From a virus, in IMG/VR virus record IMGVR_UViG_3300025030_000006: 64,000 nt of DNA; one strand, written 5' to 3'. Position numbers and translations under genes: made by a program. Below are positions 62,352 through 64,000 of the stretch, in pieces (positions within the stretch are counted from its first letter, which is position 1; every line of letters starts with the position of its first letter). The notes beneath the pieces were generated by a model. The model worked only from the letters and a program-made list of their open reading frames with translations, made no database searches and had not been told where the DNA came from.

Positions 62352-63035
62352 TTATGATTCCATAAATAAACTATTTACTTCCTCTAAAGTCACAACACGA
62401 TTATATACACGTACATGGTCAATAAGTCCATCCCAACTGCCATAAGCAGTATGTCCTTTGCCTATTTGGAACTGAACATACGCAGATGGAGCAGACAGTG
62501 TCCCAGTTACCTCGTTAGTATTGTCTAACCAAATAACAACTGAGCCATCGTTAGCCCGAGTAAATACGACATGGTGCCAATTAGTATTAGTTATTTGTGT
62601 TGTACCATTAATCACAGCACCCGCATGAAGTAGACATTGCAAAGCATTAGATGAATCATCTACCTGCAAAGATAATGTACCATTCACATTTGTGGCATTT
62701 GTAGTAGAAAACAAACATCTTTCATTTGTATAAGCAGTATCATCAGACTTAATCCACATAGAGATTGAAAAAACAGATAAATTTAATCCGGCATTATTAA
62801 CATAAAAATAATCATCTGTTCCATCAAAGTTCAGTGCTTCGCCAATATGCCCCAGGCTCCCAGTAGTCTGAATAGCCCCCACAATAGTAGCATCGTAGGT
62901 ATTTAATTCATCTTCAAGTGTAGCCCCGTTAATATTATCCATTGTCCAATAAGCAATTAATCCATCGGTAGGCGGGGGAGAAATTCCACTACCACCACTA
63001 ACACCTATTCTTCTCCCACGCATACTAAGAGGCAT
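62352..63035 (-). CDS. LamG/concanavalin-A-like lectin domain protein
   Basis: AGGAG RBS; LNFDGTDDYFYV, FSISMWIK, WHHVVFT, DGLIDHVRVYNRVVTLEEV. Confidence 0.6.
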   Translation of the reverse strand: MPLSMRGRRIGVSGGSGISPPPTDGLIAYWTMDNINGATLEDELNTYDATIVGAIQTTGSLGHIGEALNFDGTDDYFYVNNAGLNLSVFSISMWIKSDDTAYTNERCLFSTTNATNVNGTLSLQVDDSSNALQCLLHAGAVINGTTQITNTNWHHVVFTRANDGSVVIWLDNTNEVTGTLSAPSAYVQFQIGKGHTAYGSWDGLIDHVRVYNRVVTLEEVNSLFMES

Positions 63036-63795
63036 GATGGACTCCTGTATACCAAGTTGTGTCTATTCTAATTGCTTCTACTAATAATTCGCCAGAAGAA
63101 GTAACACCAGTTGTATCAATTGTTATTCCTTGTAATGTAATAGAAGAAGGAACAGCCCCGGCTAATTCCAATCTTAAAGTAGCAGAACAACTTTTACCTA
63201 TAGGAAGATTGGTAAAAGTAAGTGCTGCATCAACACCAGCACCTATTGTTACTCTTTGTATATTTCCAGCAGCGTAATCAATGTTTGCTGTTCCACTAGA
63301 AGCATCTACAGGCCCAACTTCAGTCTCGGAATACCCTCTGAGTTCAATTCCAGTACCAGTCACAGGAGTGAACCAATTAGACCGAATAGCAGCAGGATAA
63401 AAATTATCGCTTGCTGTGTTTCTATAACCCAAAACAACCCTACCAACACCAACATATCCAGCAGCAGAACCAGTTGTAATGGTAGTTTTAGAAACAGTTA
63501 AAACAGAATTATTTGTTTCATTTAAATCAATATAGGCATATTCATTATCTGATAGTGCAATATTTCCAGCAGCGATCTCATTTGCAATAGCAAGGCCAGC
63601 AGCAGATATAAAAATAATCCTCATTTTATCTGACCAAGTAAGGGTGCCGCCTGACCAAGTAATATTCCCATCACAATGAAAAAGAAAATTATGCTTATAA
63701 GTAATTGCCTTATCTAAACTAGCTAATGCAGGATTTAGTGCATCAGCATCAAATGGTGTTGTACCATTAATCCATGCAGTATGAAAATTAGGCAT
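63025..63795 (-). CDS. tail-fibre / receptor-binding-like structural protein
   Basis: AAGGAG RBS; Gly/Thr/Ala/Ser-rich beta-type sequence; overlaps the LamG gene by 11 nt. Confidence 0.4.
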   Translation of the reverse strand: MPNFHTAWINGTTPFDADALNPALASLDKAITYKHNFLFHCDGNITWSGGTLTWSDKMRIIFISAAGLAIANEIAAGNIALSDNEYAYIDLNETNNSVLTVSKTTITTGSAAGYVGVGRVVLGYRNTASDNFYPAAIRSNWFTPVTGTGIELRGYSETEVGPVDASSGTANIDYAAGNIQRVTIGAGVDAALTFTNLPIGKSCSATLRLELAGAVPSSITLQGITIDTTGVTSSGELLVEAIRIDTTWYTGVHHAS

Positions 63796-63963
63796 TTAAG
63801 ACTCCTTCGGCGTTAGATATTTACTGATACTTTCTGGAAGCATAGACATAACTTCTTTCATTACTTCCTTTGGGTCACGTTGGGTTACTTGAATATTTTG
63901 TTGCCTTTCAAGCAATGACCTAATCATTTTTAACTCATTTAAAATTTGTTCTTGCATATTCAT
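63796..63963 (-). CDS. hypothetical protein (55 aa)
   Basis: AAAGGA RBS; its stop abuts the fibre-like gene start. Confidence 0.4.
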   Translation of the reverse strand: MNMQEQILNELKMIRSLLERQQNIQVTQRDPKEVMKEVMSMLPESISKYLTPKES

Positions 63964-64000
63964 TTAACAATCCTTTCGCATTAAGGTTATTCTGTAGGCA

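Noticed and set aside
62352-63795. Diversity-generating retroelement targeting the LamG/fibre genes
   Set aside because: There is no reverse transcriptase and no template-repeat/variable-repeat pair visible in the window.

Overview
The window reads as a segment of a large, AT-rich (about 30% GC by eye) dsDNA phage genome. Genes are tightly packed, small, and preceded by strong AAAGGAG-type Shine-Dalgarno sites. Promoters are sigma70-like (TTGACA, 17-18 nt spacer, TAnnnT). TGA, TAA and TAG all act as stops, so there is no sign of stop-codon recoding. Layout: (i) 1-5996 (+): glycosyltransferase and methyltransferase genes plus small ORFs. (ii) 6099-12000 (-): a block with a secreted HNH/DUF1524 nuclease, a cysteine-peptidase-like protein, a degenerate HNH, micro-ORFs and unusually long structured intergenic regions. 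(iii) 12450-58986 (+): about 30 small early-type genes, then a full replication, recombination and nucleotide-metabolism module. That module holds PolA split into two genes, a classical AAA+ ATPase interrupted by a group I intron carrying an HNH gene, DUF1257 and DUF2997 partners, a gp32-like SSB, RecA/UvsX, a Rad50/SbcC split at the zinc hook plus Mre11/SbcD, ThyX, FEN, DnaB, dUTPase, an SF2 helicase, primase and a TIGR02594-type lysin. (iv) 59052-64000 (-): holin-like and lipoprotein genes, two GT9 glycosyltransferases, a LamG protein and a fibre-like protein. One tRNA-Leu(UAA) is present. No CRISPR array, reverse transcriptase, integrase, capsid or terminase gene was recognised. Most notable observations: a short basic-hydrophobic peptide recurs at the termini of about 20 proteins. 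A 49 x (Cys-X-X) tandem-repeat protein sits in a cassette bounded by 44-45 nt direct repeats. Three adjacent proteins share a C-terminal RRF-x-F tag next to the AAA+/DUF1257/DUF2997 module. An HNH gene has TGA exactly at a zinc-ligand Cys position. A roughly 186-nt structured intergenic RNA candidate follows the SSB gene. All functional calls come from motif recognition by eye, with no database searches.
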